NCBI RefSeq assembly: GCF_001194135.2
Contig: NC_068996.1
Coordinates: 14,576,869 to 14,627,602, forward strand
DNA: 50,734 nucleotides
Source: Octopus bimaculoides
Taxonomy: Eukaryota
Direction: 5' to 3'
Of this stretch, positions 48,926 to 50,734 are shown in pieces. The translations under genes and the position numbers were made by a program. The stretch's first letter is position 1, and every line of letters begins with the position of its first letter. Under the pieces are notes generated by a model. The model saw only the letters and a list, made by a program, of their open reading frames with translations, had not been told where the DNA came from and searched no databases.

Positions 48926-49559
48926 TGTTGTCGTTGTTGTTCATGTTGTTGTTGTCGTTATAATAAATTTTATCCATTATGTTATGGATAATGTTGGGTA
49001 CATCCTTTCACAGCTGTGGGTAATGTCAAGAAATGTGACAAAAGTAGAATCATCATAATTTCCATTTATTTAAATTTCACGTTGCGTGTAACAAAATAAT
49101 GTGGCGATACTAGTGTTTTTAAATGAAACTTTTAATGAAAATTACACCACGGCTGTGGGATGATTTTCGTATGCTACTGATAAATCCCTATACTGCATAA
49201 GATGCTATCTCTGGACGAAAAACAAAGTCAATTAGGTTTTCAATGAAGTGTCTGCTTTAAGTATGATATACGGATTCCTACAATAAATAAATATACGCTT
49301 TCGGGAATATTACTAGTTAAGTGTGAGTGTATGTCATCAATATTAATGGCCTTTAGCTACGTATTAAATGTTGAGGCAACATAACTGAAATACCAAACGT
49401 AGCAAAAGATTGCAGTAAACAAGGGACATAAATCCAATAATATCAGAGACAGCTCCATTTAGAGGACGTTTCAAGAGACAAGGAGAGAGCAAAAAATATA
49501 TATATACAGACGCGCGAAACGTATTCACGTAAATGGATTGTTAGATGGATTCGAAGAGG

Positions 49560-49935
<376 letters not shown>

Positions 49936-50734
49936 AATAAATAGATAATAAAAACATCATATACAACTATATAAAGGGCGAATATTACAGAGAACACTTG
50001 TATCCCAAGGTGTCAAAATCAGTTAGGAAATGAGCCGAATTTGATTAGTGACAAGGAGGAAATATAGATGAGACATTATTAGTCTTAGAAAAGATGGCGG
50101 TAACAAACGCTAATTGATTTCGATTGAATGCGACTAATAAAATAAACTGTATTGTATGTTGTGTATGGAAAGGTAATGAATTAAAAGCGCAAGCTTGATC
50201 GAGAAATGGAGAGTATGTAGAAAGAAACATGGCGAAGTATGAGTGGGTTAGACAGTAAAAGGGTGAGGTGAGATGAGTGAGTGTGAGTATATGCGTTAAG
50301 TGAAAGGGGGAGTGAGATATTAAAAAAAAAAAAACAGAGGAAGGAAACGGAAGGGAAAAATAGAGTGGAAGAGATAAAGGGATTGCAAGCAGGGATCAGG
50401 AAGGAAATTGAAAGAGAGAAAGAAAGTAATAAAGAAAAAAAAAAAAAGAAATTGGGAAGTGAGAAAATGAGAATTGGTTTGAGAGAGGATGCGACTCCGG
50501 GTGTGTTAGGGGTGAGAGATGGAGTAAGAGGAAGGGAATGGGCGTGAATGTAGTGACGTCTATGCCTTTCCCAAGGGCATTAGTGGTTTGTTAATGAAGT
50601 TCTGTGTAAAAAGAAAAGGTCGAGTACGTAGCTCACCAAAAAGATTACATTACAAAATAGTGCACACACACACTCACAAACACACACATATGCACATAAA
50701 TTACATACATATGTGTATATATATATATATATAT

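Overview
Eukaryotic, repeat-saturated, apparently gene-free 50.7 kb window from a gapped draft assembly with 10 N-gaps, nearly all abutting microsatellites. The SINE, LINE and microsatellite repertoire looks like an Octopus genome (inferred from remembered repeat families, not verified). I find no supportable host protein-coding exon, tRNA gene, rRNA or CRISPR array. The long ORFs in the track are microsatellite or N-gap artefacts, or transposon relics. Content: (1) many decayed fragments of RLE-type (R4/Dong-like) non-LTR retrotransposons whose junctions repeatedly sit in (TAA)n or (CATA)n tracts; (2) at least five SINE families, labelled A-E here, with nested and chimeric copies; (3) DNA transposons: a full-length Chapaev3-like element (TIRs, TAA TSD, 5'UTR intron), a near full-length Tc1/maT-like fossil, mariner ends, a head-to-head palindromic mariner derivative, and pogo-like and Kolobok-like MITEs plus several unclassified palindromes; (4) two hammerhead-ribozyme motifs read directly from the sequence (28616-28665 minus, minimal Penelope-type with palindromic stem III; 8446-8499 plus, imperfect); (5) two exact ~100 bp local duplications, one looking like a templated insertion into a LINE. 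Boundaries and translations were done by eye and may be off by a few to tens of bases.
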